A DNA stretch of 64,000 nucleotides from the human T2T-CHM13v2.0 reference genome, Homo sapiens. Numbering within the stretch: position 1 is the stretch's first letter; every line of letters starts with the position of its first letter. Location of the stretch: the NCBI RefSeq assembly GCF_009914755.1, contig NC_060925.1. One strand, written 5' to 3'. Made by a program: the position numbers and the translations under genes. The notes under the pieces were generated by a model, which did not search any database, was not told the DNA's origin, and saw only the letters and a list, made by a program, of their open reading frames with translations. Shown here piece by piece: positions 25,111 to 39,808 of this stretch.

Positions 25111-26349
25111 ATTCTTTGCATGCCCACTACTGGCATTCTTACCAAATCTTGCTTTTGATTCTGCTTCATCGCTTGTTTGAGATGACTTCCAACATGGGAC
25201 TCAACTTGAACTTTTTGTTTTCTCTAGAAAGGATTCTGGAAAACTAATGAAGAAGGTTAACCAAGTATGAGACATCTGCTATAAAAACCATTAATGGCTT
25301 TCAGCTCTCCAATTAATCAAACCCAACATTTCTACCCAGCTTTTAATGCTCTCTAAAATCAACTTCTTGTTTTATATTTAAACCTATCTCCTACTACCTC
25401 ACAGCCTTACTCCTGGCCTCCCAAATATTAGGTTTGTTTTACATCCTTACAGACAAACTCCCACCATTTCTTTTAACTAGGTTCCATGACATTTTGGACC
25501 TTAGTTTATTCATAGGTAAACCTAGGATAATACCCGACTCCTAGGGAACCATGAAAATTAAATGAAATGACAAATAGAAAGCCCCTTTTAAAATTCCTAA
25601 CCATAAGGGTGTTGAATGGTCATTGATTCCTTCTCCATTTCAAAAAAGAGAATGTGGTTCACTTATGCAAATATGACACATTTTTCAAAACCAAGACTCT
25701 GCCTCCTCAACATTTTTCATAATGACTTTCTGACTTTCATCTCTCTAACAATAGATTTTTGCACATGTTGTCTTCACATTAGAATATTACTAACTGCTAT
25801 TTTATTTCCATTTATCAAAGTAGCCCTCTATAATACATTTTCTTAGTTTCAAAATGATACAGCTTTCTCAATCTTGTCTTGCTAGTATATTGTAGCTAAT
25901 AGGGAAGAATCAGCCTTATTTTGAACTAACCTACAACATCTAACATAGTGCTTGGCACATGACAGATGCTGAATATATTATATAATTTAATTTACTTTGG
26001 TTCATGATGGTGGATCTGATAGATCAACAGCTATTCCAGTCTTACAGATAAGTGAAGATCATATTTATTGTGGGTAACACACCAAGAGATTTATGTGTCT
26101 GCTGATCTGAATAAAATATACTTGTATTTTAATGAAACATTGGCATGTTATATATCAGGTATGAACTTGGACAAGCACAATTTTGAAAACTGGATTTAGA
26201 GAATATATATCTCAAGATTGCAAATGCTGAAAATAGAAAATCTTGGGGGGGAAAGAACAATGAAATTAATTGAAAAGAGGGAATAAGAAGATAGAGTTGT
26301 TTTAGTTCAGTGGGCCCTGAAATACACTACCCATGTCCCAAACAGTGAC

Positions 26350-26520
26350 AAGACCAGGTTTAATGAACTTGTTGCCTCTTCAGTTCTGAGGGCCTTCTTT
26401 AAAAAAAAAATAAATCCAAGACTAGCAATACAAACCTACATAAAAGGCCTGAGAAGCAGCTTGTGTAATGGAGTGTCTCTGAGGGGTAAGTTTCATTAGC
26501 TTATAATGAATCAACCTCGG
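26350..26520. mobile_element. hAT-Tip100-like DNA transposon remnant
   Basis: taagtttcattagcttataatgaatcaacctc resembles a Tip100-family terminus; family not securely identified. Confidence 0.35.
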
Positions 26521-27259
26521 AACTCAGGTAGAATTATCAGAATCTCTGTAATTAGCCACTGAAGCTGTGGCAAATAAACAAAGAGCATATCCCTCTTCTC
26601 CAGCACAATAAAGTTTTGTTCCTTGTTCTACACCTATTTCTACCTTATATCTGACAATTTTTTCAAGACTTTTCCCGACTGAGACACCTCCATGCATGAC
26701 CGTTGTAAATTTACAACCGTGCCATTCAGTGCTTTTTCCATCAGTTTGTATTCAGCTCTCCATAATTGCTCAAGAACAAATACATTCTTCATGTTCAGCT
26801 CCTCCTGAGAACGCAGAAGGATGCTGCGGATTGGATAAATAAGGCAAGATAGGATTAGGGAAAGAGATGGTCAGCTCTGAAGCCACTAGGAGAAATACTT
26901 CTTTGACTGATGGAGAAAAATGAAGAAAAAATGAACAGCAAGAAAGAACTGGGACATAATTGCAGCTCATGCCATTTGTCTTTGTCCTCTAACCTCACCT
27001 GAAACCCCAGTAACTATATCAATCACACAAATAGGCACTCTGTACTTGGAGTTGGACTTTTTTTTTCTACATTGCTTATTACATTATACAAATTCCATAT
27101 ACAACTCATTGAAATGGTTAGTTCTTTAAGCTTGATTATGTCAATTCCCAGTGACCAACCTATGAGCAAATCCATTCCATCTTATCCCACACTTCCAAAC
27201 CTACCTAATTTATCCTATCTTCTTCCTGGCTTTTTGTCTTTTCTGCTTTTCTTACTTTT

Positions 27260-27885
27260 CTTGAATCATTAAAAATGTTTGCACACTTGTTCTGTGTCAG
27301 TTCTTCATCTCAAAGAATTATAGTAGGAGAGATACAAAAAAAATCACAATTTTATATGATGAATTGCATGATGGTGCATATATACACACTCATAGGCTGA
27401 TATGACCGACTTATGAGGTGTGAACACCACAAGTGAGTGAAAAACTAAAACGTATGTTCAGAGACTTGCAGAGGCTATTCTTGAAGAATCTTACATGCTA
27501 TGCTAAAGAATTTGAATGGTACGCTCGAAGGGTAGTGAGAAATCCATTCAATAGCTTTAAAAGGGAACATGATACAGTCAGATTTCGGTTGTAGAAAGAT
27601 CCCTTTAGCAGCTATGCAGAAAATAGGTTATAAGATGGCAATACTATATGGCGGGAGATAATTTTGAGCCTATTAATGATAATTCAGAAGAAATATATTT
27701 TTAAAAAATTAACGAAGGCAACGGCAATATGAATGAAGCTGCGGTGAAAAATTTCATCTGTAGACTTCTTTGATAAACAGATTGATGAAGAATAAGGAAT
27801 ATAAGATGACTCCAACCTTTCCTATTTAGGAAATGGAAGAATTTGGTATTACTCTCTGAGTCAAGAAGCACAGGTGGGGGAGTAG
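27260..27885 (-). mobile_element. L2 LINE remnant (resumes ~28880-29260)
   Basis: atgctatgctaaagaatttgaa...catgatacagtcagatttcggttgtagaaagatccctttagcagctatgcagaaaatagg. Later tttcagtatgttgagtttgaaattcttgtgg. Confidence 0.65.
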
Positions 27886-27892
27886 GTTTAAT

Positions 27893-28126
27893 GCTAACTA
27901 CTAATTATTGAGCACTGACTACACCCAAGGAGATGCTAAGCACTTAACGTGCATTATATAATTGTATCTCAAATTAGCATCATTAATTATATTGAATTTC
28001 AAGAAGAAGTCAAGGCTCACAATGTGAAGAAGGTTGTCAAAAATTACACTGTAGCTAAGTGGTAGAGCTGGAATTCAAACTTAGGAAGATCTGACCCAAA
28101 GCCATGCCTCTTAACAAACACTATAC
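27893..28126 (-). mobile_element. MIR SINE
   Basis: ttattgagcactgactac...gtagctaagtggtagagctggaattcaaacttagg...ctgacccaaagccatgcctcttaac. Confidence 0.8.
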
Positions 28127-28300
28127 CAGTGCGAATTGAAGTGTGGGCCAGAGGCTACTTGCATGCAGATGATCTAAGGTACTTTCTAAATACAGGTTCC
28201 TGGGTCCAACAGGAACCAGTTTATTCAAACAGAATTCCTGGTGGGTGGGGACTGGACTTACCAGGCATTTTTTATGCACCTTAATCTTTACATACCACTG
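28127..28300. mobile_element. MER5A-type hAT-Charlie element
   Basis: Termini cagtg...ccactg; internal aaatacaggttcctgggtcc and ccaggcatttttatgcac. Confidence 0.6.
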
Positions 28301-28379
28301 CAATGCATAGTAATATACTACTGCTTGGTAGAAAGATGATAACAAATTCACTTTTTTATATGAAAATCTTTAGCATTTT

Positions 28380-28850
28380 TTCCAAATCTCACATTTATAG
28401 AAAAGATGCATACAATAGAAATACCTTTTTTTTTCCTGAGCCATTTGACTGTAAGTTGTCAACCTGATGCTCATAGCCTGCTAATACTTTAATACCTCCT
28501 ACAAATAAAGGCATTCTCCTACATAGTTACAATTTGACAGTCAAAGTCAGGAAATTAATATGGATCCTTTAGTAGCATATAATCTTCAGACTCCTGACCA
28601 GTGTCACCAGTTGTCCCAGTAATATATTTTGTAGCAAAATGATCTACTTTGGGGGGCATTAGTTGTCAGATCCCTTTAGTCTCCATCAGTCTGAAATTGT
28701 TTCTCAAAATTTTTATGATATGGTTAGATACTACAGGGCAGTTATTTTATAGAATACCCCTCAATTGAGATTTGTCTGGTATTTCCTCATGATTAGATTC
28801 TGATTATGCATCTTTGGCAGGAATATTTCCAAGTGATACCTGCCTCGTTT
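28380..28850 (-). mobile_element. L1MC-type 3' region
   Basis: aaggcattctcctacatagttacaat...gcagttattttatagaatacccctcaattgagatttgtctgg...catgattagattc...tttggcaggaata. Confidence 0.7.
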
Positions 28851-29658
28851 GGACCCACCCAATAGCTTTAGGAGTGAATTATTCAGGAAGGAAGAGGGAG
28901 GGAAAGAGGAAAAGTTAACTTTTCAGTATGTTGAGTTTGAAATTCTTGTGGAGCAGTTAGATGATGTCTAATAAGTACTTGAATAGATGGATCTGAGGTT
29001 CACCTGAGAAATCATATCTGAAGACAGAATTTTAGAGTCATCGAAGTGTAAGTGATAGTTGAAGCTGTAAATGGGAATTAACTCAATAAAGGACTTTATG
29101 TAGAGCTAGGAGGGAAGAGGCCAAAGGGTGAGAAGACCACGGGTGCACATTGATTTTAAGAATCTAAAATAAGAAGGAAAACAGGCAAAACAAAGTGAGG
29201 AGGAGTAGATGATGGAGAGGTTAAAAAAAATAGTGAAACAGGATTAGGAAAACTAATGGAGATGAAGGTTGCAGTCCTAAATTAATCCCTCCTGTTGATG
29301 TTTTCTTCAAACTGTCCTTGCATTTACTCTTCTTTACTGCAACTGGACTTTCACTGATAATGTGGATTCTTTTATAATTCTTTTAAGTGGAATCTGCTCC
29401 TCTCATGTTATTAAATTCACTATTCCAAAAAAAATTGATATACCATTTGTTTATCTTTTATCTCTGCAAGCCCTTTGTTTCCCCACAGTAGACATGATAT
29501 TCTTTCTTATCATAAATAAGTGATCTACTGAAAAGTTTATTTTCTCCCAAACCCAAATTTTAAAAAATTATTCTTTACTAAAGTCGACGTTTTTCCTTAT
29601 TTTAACCCCTCAGGTGACCTCGAATCCTCCCATTCAAATCTGCTCTTTAAAAAATGAA

Positions 29659-30068
<410 letters not shown>

Positions 30069-30084
30069 TTAACATAGGACACTG

Positions 30085-31432
30085 TCCTAGGTTTTTGCCC
30101 TTTTATCCCTACACTTTCTCCCCCATTATTCTTATCTATTCTCACTTTTAAATACCTCTGTAAGCTAATGTCTCATAAATATATGATCTGCAGCCTGGCC
30201 TCTCCGCTGAGGTCTAAACGCACATTTACTTGAAGATCTCAATGTATAGAAAGGTGGTATAACATAGTGGTTGAGAACATTGACTGTTAACTCATTGACT
30301 GGACTCGTGTCCTGACTTTTGAGACTTACTAGCTCAAATTTATTAAATTTAGCAAGTAATAACTTAGCAAGTTACTTAAATGATTTGTACTTCGATTGCG
30401 TTATCTGTAAACAAAGTGAATAACAATATCTCCCTCACGGTGTTGTTATGAAGAAATGAGCAAAACATTTAGAAGAGTGTTGAACACATCCTAAGCATCA
30501 CATATGCTTACTTCTATTATGTCTCATAAGAATATCAAATTTAACATTTCCAGTCTTGAACTCTTGCTCGCTCCACAACTCCAAACCTGGCCTTCCAACT
30601 CAGTAAAAAGTACCACCAAACACCTACTTGGTCACTCCAGAAGCCTGCTTTTTATCACTTCTTGTTCTTCATCTTTACCTCATATCTAGACCTGTCATAA
30701 ATATTAAGGAGGTATATAAAGCTCCATTGATTGTTCTTTAAAATATACCTTCCATCCATCCTCTTCTGTCCATTTCCACTCCTCGCACCCCGTATCAAGC
30801 CACCAACATGCCTCATTCAGTGACTCTAGTAAACCTCCTACGGGTTGCTCTGCTTCTGCTGCCTACCCCCTTAGGATCCACTATCCACACAGAAGGCAAA
30901 AAGAACATTGAAAATGTAAATCAAATTGTGGCAGGCCTCCCCTTACAACACATCAGTTCTTCCATCTCACATACTCTATTTCCTTCAGGCTCATGCATGA
31001 TCTCCTCTGTGACTTCTTCCCCAGCCTCATCCCCTTCACTTCCCTCTAGCTCATTACATTCCAGGAACAATCACTTTGTATCAGTTCCGTGAAACCCCAA
31101 GTTCTACCTCAACTTAGGGCCTGGCATTTGTTACTCCCTTTGCCAAGAATGATCTCCCTCCCAGCCTTGAGTCCCAAGGTGTAGTCTTTCTTACTTTCTG
31201 GGTCTCAACTTATTTTTCCTTCATAGAACTCTGTGATTTCCTTTTGCAGTTTATATGTAATTATATAATTGTTTACTTTTGTAGGGGCTGCCTTTCCAAC
31301 TAACCTGTAAATGAACTTAGTCTATATAGGGACTCAGCTGTTTAATTTACCACACTATACCCAGTATACAGCACAGTGTCTGTCATATCCAATAACTATT
31401 TATTGAATGAATGAATCAGTGAGTAAGTAAAT
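30085..31432 (+). mobile_element. L2 LINE 3' portion with nested MIR (~30250-30510)
   Basis: L2 end gcacagtgtctgtcatatccaataactatttattgaatgaatgaat. MIR ggtggtataacatagtggttgagaac...ttatctgtaaacaaagtgaataa. Confidence 0.7.
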
Positions 31433-31559
31433 AAAAGATAGGAATATAGATAAAGTACTCTTTCAGGTTCTGGAGAGCTTTCTTGGAAGCTGGAGATCAA
31501 CAAAAGTTCACTTCTTTTTTCAGGAAAGCCATGAAAATTAAGATGTCATTAATAAAGAG

Positions 31560-31715
31560 GTGTTTCCCTAACGCCTAAGTTGTGAGTGCTTGCTTTAAAA
31601 ATACCAGTTCCTGTGCCTGTACTCAGAACCAAAAATTTAGAATTTCTGAAGCTGGAGCCTAGGAAGTAACATTGCCCTTATGCCCTAGGTGATTCCAATG
31701 CACACCAGATGCTGT
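31560..31715. mobile_element. MER5-type remnant
   Basis: tagaatttctgaagctggagcctagg...ccctaggtgattccaatgcacacc. Confidence 0.5.
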
Positions 31716-33583
31716 TATCATGAGAATAAAATATATTTCTAAACAAAGCAATCGGTGTTCCAGGTGCTATCTTCTACCTAGAAGTGCTGAATATGGAGAC
31801 ACCACCCAGATGGCCATAGGGTGGAGTGAAGCAAATATTTTCCACTAGGAATTTTATGTCAGGATGGTGAAACTCACAATTCTGAGACTTAAAATGACTA
31901 GTTTTTCTTCAGCCACCCTGTGTTGGTTTGGATGAAGTAGAAAATTCAAGATGGTGGTGGGATACAGTAAATTATTCCCAAGCCTCCTAGACTTCTCTTT
32001 CCTTCTTCATACTCTCCTTTGGTGGGTTTGAGCACATACCTCCAAATCTGCCCCATGCATGAAATGTCTTTGTGGCTTTGTTTCCCTACAAATGCTTGCA
32101 AATTGTTTTTGCATTTTACCCCATAAAATATCTGTTTTTTATATAAAATTACATTGAATTATGTACCAAGAGATGAAACTGATGCTCCAGGAAATGGCAT
32201 TGTGTTGTTGATGACTCAGTTTACCCTCAAGGACACCTAATCCTCTCTTTAGGCGCATGAGCAACCCATTTGAGAAACAGGTGATTGTTGCCTGTATATA
32301 TCTTATCTCCACACTAAACTGCAAATACCTTCTTGTATTATGTTATGTTCTTCACAATGTTTTCAACACAGTAGATATCCAATAAATAGCTAACGAATTT
32401 GGAACACAAGAGTTTGAAAGAAATAAGGAATCTGAGAAAGCAGGATAGACCTGCAAGAAGCCAGATGCTATTGGAAGTGCCACCGTAGGAAGGTCCTGCC
32501 TGCCTCTCAAGATCAAGCGATCACTTCAGCAGAGAATGCTTTTGGTCTTAACATAGTCTCTCCAAACTCATGGCCTTCAGTAAATGGACTTCAAAGAGGT
32601 CTTGGACTTGCATACTCATGCGGAGAAGAAAAAAACTTTTCGAACATCAAATTAGAGCTTTCAGGATCAAAATGCTCAAACTATCTCTCATGATACCTGA
32701 TGGAATCAGGACTCAGAACATTCCCACCTCCATGATATTTTAACTCCCCTTGTTTTTCTCAAGTTGCATTAACTTAAATGCTAACAGCCTACTTTAGCTT
32801 TTTTGTAATTAACGTTTTTAAAATCTGTGCTCTGATCTAATTCAAGACCATCTATAAGGTGAAATACTCTATGAAACCCTTATTAGTGATTTTTTAAAGA
32901 AAATATTTTTTAAAAAGCAACCTCCCTACCACTTACAATAATGTTACCTCAGTACACAGCTTTTCTGCAGACATTCATATTCAACCCCACTTGATTCTGT
33001 TAGTATTTATTTCTTGTCCAGTACATGCAAAGTAATAATTGACATTGCTATATAGGAATCTGTTTTTGTGGCTTATGGCTTGGGAATTTATTTGGCTCCT
33101 TCTTAAAAACTTGGTCTTCTTGACCCCTCAGCCTTCACCAGTTTGAAAATTCCAACCATAATCCTCTGTGGGGATTTACGCAGGTGTCTATTATTGCCCA
33201 TAATCTGTGATAGGGCTTCCAGTATCCTTGTTGCAGAAAGGTTAAGCCCTCCCGTCTTTATTCCTGAGTAAAAAAGTCCACAGGGTTTTAGTATTGTCAG
33301 GGAGCAGATTGAAACAAGCTGCAACTTCAATCAGGCCCTAAGCTGGTGTCTATGCCAGCGGGGAATCTCTGTGATGAACAAAGGATTCCATTAGAAAACG
33401 GAGCAGTTAGTTTTTAACTCCAGAGTTATACAAAAACAAAACTCTTTATCCTCTACTATTCTTAGGGTGGCCATATTTTCCAAACCAAAATTTGAGACTC
33501 ATGTTCTGACAGATGCATAGGTGCTTTTGTCACAACAGTTTCAGACTATCTAATGTTGGGACAGTCCCATAGTATTTAGGATG

Positions 33584-34301
33584 TAGTAGTCCCACTTTAT
33601 CCACAGTTTTAATTCCCATAATTTCAGTTATCCCACAGTCTGAAAATATTTAATGGAAAATTCCAGAGATAAAATAATTCACAAGTTTTAAATTGTGTGC
33701 CTCTATAAGTAGTTTGATAAAATCTCACACCACTTAGCCCTGTCCCGCCTGGGACATGACCCATCTTTTTGTCCAGAAGCTCCACACTCTGGATGTTACC
33801 CACCCACTAGTCAGTAGCCATCTCGGTTATCAGGTCCATTGTCATAGTATCACACTGCTTGTATTCAAAGAACCCTTATTTTATTGAATAATGGCCCTAA
33901 AGCACAGAGGTAGTGTTGCTGGCAATTTGGATATGCCAAAGAGAAGCTGTAAAGTGTTTCCTTTGAAAAGGAAAAAGTTCTCAACTTAACAAGGAAAGAA
34001 AAAAAATCATATTGAGGTTGCTAACAGCTATGGTAAGAACAAATCTATCTGTGAAATTGCAAAAAAAAAAAGACAAAGAAATTTGTGCCGGTTTTGCTGT
34101 CACACCTCAAACTGCAAAAGTTATGGCCACAGTGTGTGATAAGTGCTTAGTTAAGAGGAAAGAGGCATTACATTTGTGAGTGGAAAACATGAACAGAAAC
34201 GTTTCGACTGACAGCGATCAGATTTCATACTATCCTCACTTTCATGCATCCAATGGGGGGTCTTGGAACATTTCCCCAGAGAATAAAGGGGGACTGCTCT
34301 G
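33584..34301. mobile_element. MER44 (Tigger7-derived, ~720 bp; MER44B/C-like)
   Basis: TIRs (t)agtagtcccactttatccac ... gaataaagggggactgctctg followed by TA. Internal aatggaaaattccagagataaa and gctgtcacacctcaaactgcaaaagttatggccacagtg. Confidence 0.85.
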
Positions 34302-35393
34302 TACTGTTGCTGTATGCATACCACATGTTGGTACCCAGCATACCAGTTAACAAGGAAGCTTACAAAATGAGATTGCACTACATGGCCATTAGTAGAGATC
34401 ACTGCCCTTTTTGTCCTGAGGGCCAGTGGGCAACTGGAAACATATGGCCTTGTGGACCTTCCTGTCTGAAGATATACAGTTTGTCTCTAGAATTGTGGTC
34501 ATCAGGGCTTGTTAGTATGTTTGTGGTGCTGATCTTTATCTTTCAGTCTTCTGAATCTGAAAGACATGTCCACTATCTTAGATTGTTCTTACCTCTGGTA
34601 CTGACTTGTCTCTGCCTCTCCCCAATGCCAGTAACTAAGCTATAAGACCTGAAGGGGGCACCTCAGCGTGACCTGTGAACATCAGCTCCCAGACTCAGAA
34701 TAGTCTAAGTGTCTTCAGAAAAGTCACAAAGAAGGGGCCTTCCCATGCTATAGCCAAGCAAGAATTTGGGAGCAGAAGGACTTGAGGCAAGGAGGAGTGG
34801 CCGGGAAGTGGCAAAAAGGAACTGGGATGGGGAGTCCCTCCACCAAAAATTATACCTCTGATATAAAGGAGTCAGTCACTAGCCTCCCAGAAGCTTTCTA
34901 GACGATGCCCCAAACTTGCAGTTAAAGCATGGTTCTCATGGTTTCAATCTCTGAGAAACGAATAGTAGGCTCTGCAACCAATTTCTACACCCTTTAAAGG
35001 CCTTGCGTTGGAAACACCCTAATGGTATCTATCTCAGTCACAGCAGGAACAGGTTGGGAGTGCCATTCCAGAATGCTGCTTCTTGCCTTTGTGTCTTTTT
35101 TGACTGTCACCAATAAAACAAGCAAGGATAAGCCAGATACAAATGGGTGCAGGACATCTCTGTGTCATTCTTTTTTCATGATTCGTTTAAGTGTTAACCC
35201 AAACGCGTCTCACATTCACTTGTGTACATGTCTGCTTGGCATGTAGCTTACAGTTCAGTGGCAAATCTCGCGTAAGAATTCTCTTCATTTTCAACTGTTG
35301 TTTCCAATAGTTTGCCCATAGGTAAAGCTTGGAAAGGCAAAGTCAAAATGATAGCAACCGGAAGTGTTACATTAATATCGCTTACCTGAGGTT

Positions 35394-35413
35394 TATATAT
35401 ATATATATATATA
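35394..35413. repeat. (TA)n microsatellite
   Basis: Directly visible. Confidence 0.85.
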
Positions 35414-36574
35414 AAACTCTGAAGGGCTTAGCAGATCTTAGGTGAAAGGATGTTCTTTTCAAAGTGTCACTTTGCCAGAAGAAAGGAAGAAAGACACCTT
35501 CCATCAATAGAAACAGTAAAAGCATGCCTCAAATTGTATTTATCTCTCTAAATTCTGAAAGCGTATTAAGGAAGAATAGCAATATTCCACTTTGGCTACA
35601 AATTGCTAATTAATAACTACAATTCTCCCAGAGGTAAAATATTAACATTTTAAAAATGAAATTAAACATCACAATCTTCTTCTAATTGTTACAAAAATAT
35701 TTAGCAGCAATAGCTGTTTAATTATTTAGGCATTTGTTAGTGGTGTAAATATTATCAGCACAGTCATAAATATTTTCTGCTTTGTCCACAATCAGCTAAG
35801 GATATGTTGCTTGTGGGACTTAAATTAAGATCTATTTAAGGCTGCCTGCTGGCCACAAAATAATTACTTACACTTCCTGATGCCTGAATCTGTTAGATAT
35901 AGCAGCAAGAAGTGTACTTTGTTTTTGTAAGTCAGAAAAAGTTGCATTTTCTTATATAAATTTCATTGTTGATGTTATTAAAGAGGATTAGGGTGGGGTT
36001 GAAGTAGCTGAAAATTTAATTAATCTAATCCCTTTAACAGGAATTATTTTCATATTGATAATTCTCTGTAATAACAGTATTACAGATCACGCCCTGTGAA
36101 ATATTTACACTAAATATTGTAGCCTGTAATCTCTCCTCCAGCTTTTTCTTTGGGGAAGGATAAGATTTACGGCTTCTTCACCTTTCATCTTTTTTTTTTT
36201 TTTTTCCTTTCTCTCACCTGAAGTGCAGGGGACCAAAATGAAATCTTTTTTTTTTCCTGCTTCCTCTTTTAATTTTCTGTCAATGTCATCATATCTCAGT
36301 AAGTTATGTTAATAGCCATCAAATCACTAATCTCCTAAAAGAGCACGAGTGTTATGAAATAAGGAGAACAATTGATTTTTTCCCCTCTTTGGTATCTACA
36401 GTCATTTGGTGTAGATTCTCATTTGAAATGATTTGTTTACCCATTGATTTCAATAAATTGTTATGCTGCTGAAAATATCACTAAGAGTAGAGTCAAATGA
36501 AGGACGAAACTGTCATTCTGATCAACTTCCTCTGATCATCTCCAGTGTAAATTGGGAATTGTTCTCAATCAGCT

Positions 36575-36845
36575 CAAATGTCATGTTATCAGGGAGACCT
36601 TCTCTGACTTCCCAAAATAAAATTACAATCACCATTGCTTCCTTTAATTGGCTTTATTTTCTCCATACAAGTTGTCATCGTGTAACATTATAACACATTA
36701 TGCTTGTTTGTTTAGTGCCTGTCCGCCAACTAGGATGGAAGTGCCACAGGAAGCAAGGACTTGGATTTGTTTATTGCTGTATCTTGAGAGCCAAGCTGAG
36801 TGCCTTAAATATGGCAATCAATAACACATTGTTGCATGTATGAAT
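36575..36845 (+). mobile_element. L2 3' end
   Basis: cagctcaaatgtcatgttatcagggagaccttctctgact...taggatggaagtgccacaggaagcaaggac...caataacacattgttgcatgtatgaat. Confidence 0.7.
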
Positions 36846-37409
36846 CTTTACTCTCATTTTTTTAGGTGCCTGAAGCACCAGATCTGTGCCAAGCAATGAA
36901 GAACTTGATACAAATGTAGACATTTGCCCTGAGCTGGCTGATCCACTCAGCCTCAATGGAAGGGTGCCCACTGAGAACAGACCTGGTGCTTTCTGTAGCT
37001 ATGCCTTCATTAAAGAACTAAAACTGGGTTGTATAGTGCTGTTTGGCCTCCTCATGTTTACAATATCCAGTGATACAAAGCAGAGAATCTTTAAGGATGC
37101 CCTCCAGGATACGACTTCTGTAGAATATGAACAGGAGTTACTAAACTAGAAAGAGACTCCGTGGTCACATAAACCTATGTAACTAGGTATTATGTGAAGC
37201 TAAACAAGGTTCTTAATTTCAAGGTATATCAGATTATGATAACATTCATTAGGACTCTCCAAGACAAGAAGATTAGGCTGTGTTTCCTGAACTTATTTGG
37301 TCTTAGACATTTCCTCTCTACCAGCCAATCCTGTTTCTACAACAGGGCTACAACAGAGGGAACTCCAGTGACTTGGGAATTCAGCAAGCCAGGGAAGGGG
37401 TAAGAGGCA

Positions 37410-37575
37410 CCAGTCTCATCACTGCCTCTTACTGACTTTATTATGTGACCTTGGACAAATTACTTAACACCTCTGTGCCTCAATTTCCTCTTCTGTAAGG
37501 TAGGGATGAAAAGGATTACCCAGGAAAATGTACGTAGTGTCCAGCACGCAAGTGCTAACTAAATGGTGGTTATTG
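37410..37575 (+). mobile_element. MIR SINE
   Basis: tgtgaccttggacaaattacttaacacctctgtgcctcaatttcctcttctgtaag. Confidence 0.8.
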
Positions 37576-39808
37576 CCAAGACTTTATATTAAGTATAGGC
37601 ATGAGAGCCTTTTACATAGATTTCTTCAACCATATTTTTTAAAATAGGTTTGTTAGTATTGACCAATTTCCAGAAGCAGCCTAATGTGTCATCTCATGTG
37701 GCCCCAGTGCCCTATCCCTATCTGAGAAGCTCTGCACACCTGTGCTGAAGGCAAACAAATGTTATCTTTCAACACAACTTACTACAAACATCTGATAACT
37801 CACTTTGGTGGATCCCACAGCGCCTTTCCCCTTGTTTCCATACCCCTGACCTCAGATGAAGACACTTTTTTCAGGAGGAAGATGGCAGCATCCAAGTTAA
37901 TGATAGTGCAGATGGCTACATGCTGACAGATTTTGAAGTGACCATATTTTTTCAGTAAATTTCAAATGAAGGTGTGATTTGTGTAAATCTGACCTCTTCC
38001 TGTAAAATGTGCATTTACATATATTTAGAATTTATAAATCCTGACAGATTCCACAATATTTATAGCCCTCCATAAAAAGCCTTTGCCAGTCTGTAGAGCT
38101 TTGCATTTGGCTCTCTGGCATGCTTAAGAGAATTTAAATAATAATAAATTTGGTGATTTATTCCACCTGGAACAGAAACTTATTTCCCCCCTCCCCTGGC
38201 TCATTTTGAAGGGGATACTATAAATAGTGCCACAGACGCTGGGATCAGGACTAGGGAATTGAAATTTGAGAGAGAAGTACAGAAACATTTTCATTATCAC
38301 TGATTCCTTGAGTGTATTTTTAAAACAGTTCTGTTCCTCAAATAATGTACCTTCTCTTCTTTCTCCTGCCCTATCACAATTATACTTGAATCTCCAAAAC
38401 CTGTTGCCAACTTTAGGATTCGGTTACATTAATGGGAAAGAGAGAGTGAGAGTATTAGCTGACTAGGTAGGAGAAAGTTGCCTCTAGGGAGACCAAAGCA
38501 ATTCTCCCATGTTCATCTTATATTTCATAGGAGTCAGCTAGTAACTGAGTGTCAGTGTCTAAAGTGTAAATTCATTATCTGAGACCTCGCTCCTGTATCC
38601 TACAGGTATGATGAAAAGCTCACAGTATATGGAAAAAAAAAAAAAGGAAAGAAAGAAAGAAACCTAATTGTAATTACAAAAGGAAGCCCAAGGACAATGT
38701 CCGAGGATCAATTCTTTTCACCCAGCCATGCTCATAATAACTGAGTACAGAATAAGAAACACCTGAATAGTCAAGTCCTAATGATACTACTTGTTTTCTT
38801 AAAAACAAAATCAACAAAAATCTGGTAACTTGTCATTTGCCATGGAATCTACTGATGAAAGCTGAGAGTAGCCATTTAGTGTAGCATAAGCAGTGTTGTA
38901 ACTTGTAATATAACTAGGAGATTTATTTCTAGCTTCTTGTTTGAATGTCTGTAAAGGAAGTAGCATTTGTTAAAGGTAGAATAATAATAACTAACATCCA
39001 TGAAGAACTGCCTGTGGGCAGGCACAGAGTAACAAACACATCAAGTGGCTGTGGTTTGATGTGCAACAGCCTCCTAACTGAGTAGTACGTTTTCTTGTCC
39101 TGATAACTTGGAGCACACTCCCAGCCCCAAGACTTTCCTGAACAATCCTTTTATCTCTACCTAATAGGCTGGCAGGTATTTGGACCAAGCCCCAGAGCCT
39201 TTAGGGTACCACATTTTAATAATTGGTGGTGAACAAAGTAAACGTTGTAAAACCAGACATTATGAAGCAAGGACCCAGTTAAGTATGACGGATTTCAGGG
39301 AAAGCCAAAAAAAAGGCTGAATGTTGTATGGGGGTATTGTCTCCCCTACAGAACACAGGTATCTATGGTTCATGGCTCATTCTAAAGCTTTGCTTGAAAA
39401 ATGACTTTTTAAAGAAGTGTACTCTTAAAGAATGTCCTTCAGGCAGGGAGGAATTTCCCTTGCTTTTCTATAGCATCTTTGTAAGAGGAAGCGGAGGTAT
39501 TGAGCTGTTAGACAGTTGCTCGGTGCCTTCGTGCTTCTGTGACCACATTATGGGTCTAACACATATGGGATAAATAAACTGTTTTCATTTCTTAAAGCAC
39601 ATGGAAGGAAACAAGACAAGAAAATTACCATATTGCTTTTTTTTTTTAAAAGCTATTAAAGAGGAGAATCCAGTTAGGGCAAATAAAAATGATTACTGAA
39701 AACAGATTTTTTTTTTCCTTTTCTAGCCTCTTACTGAGCAACAGCAATATGGCAAGACTTGTGGCAAACCAGTGTTTTGATGCACGCTCTTTTGTTCTTC
39801 TTCCATAG

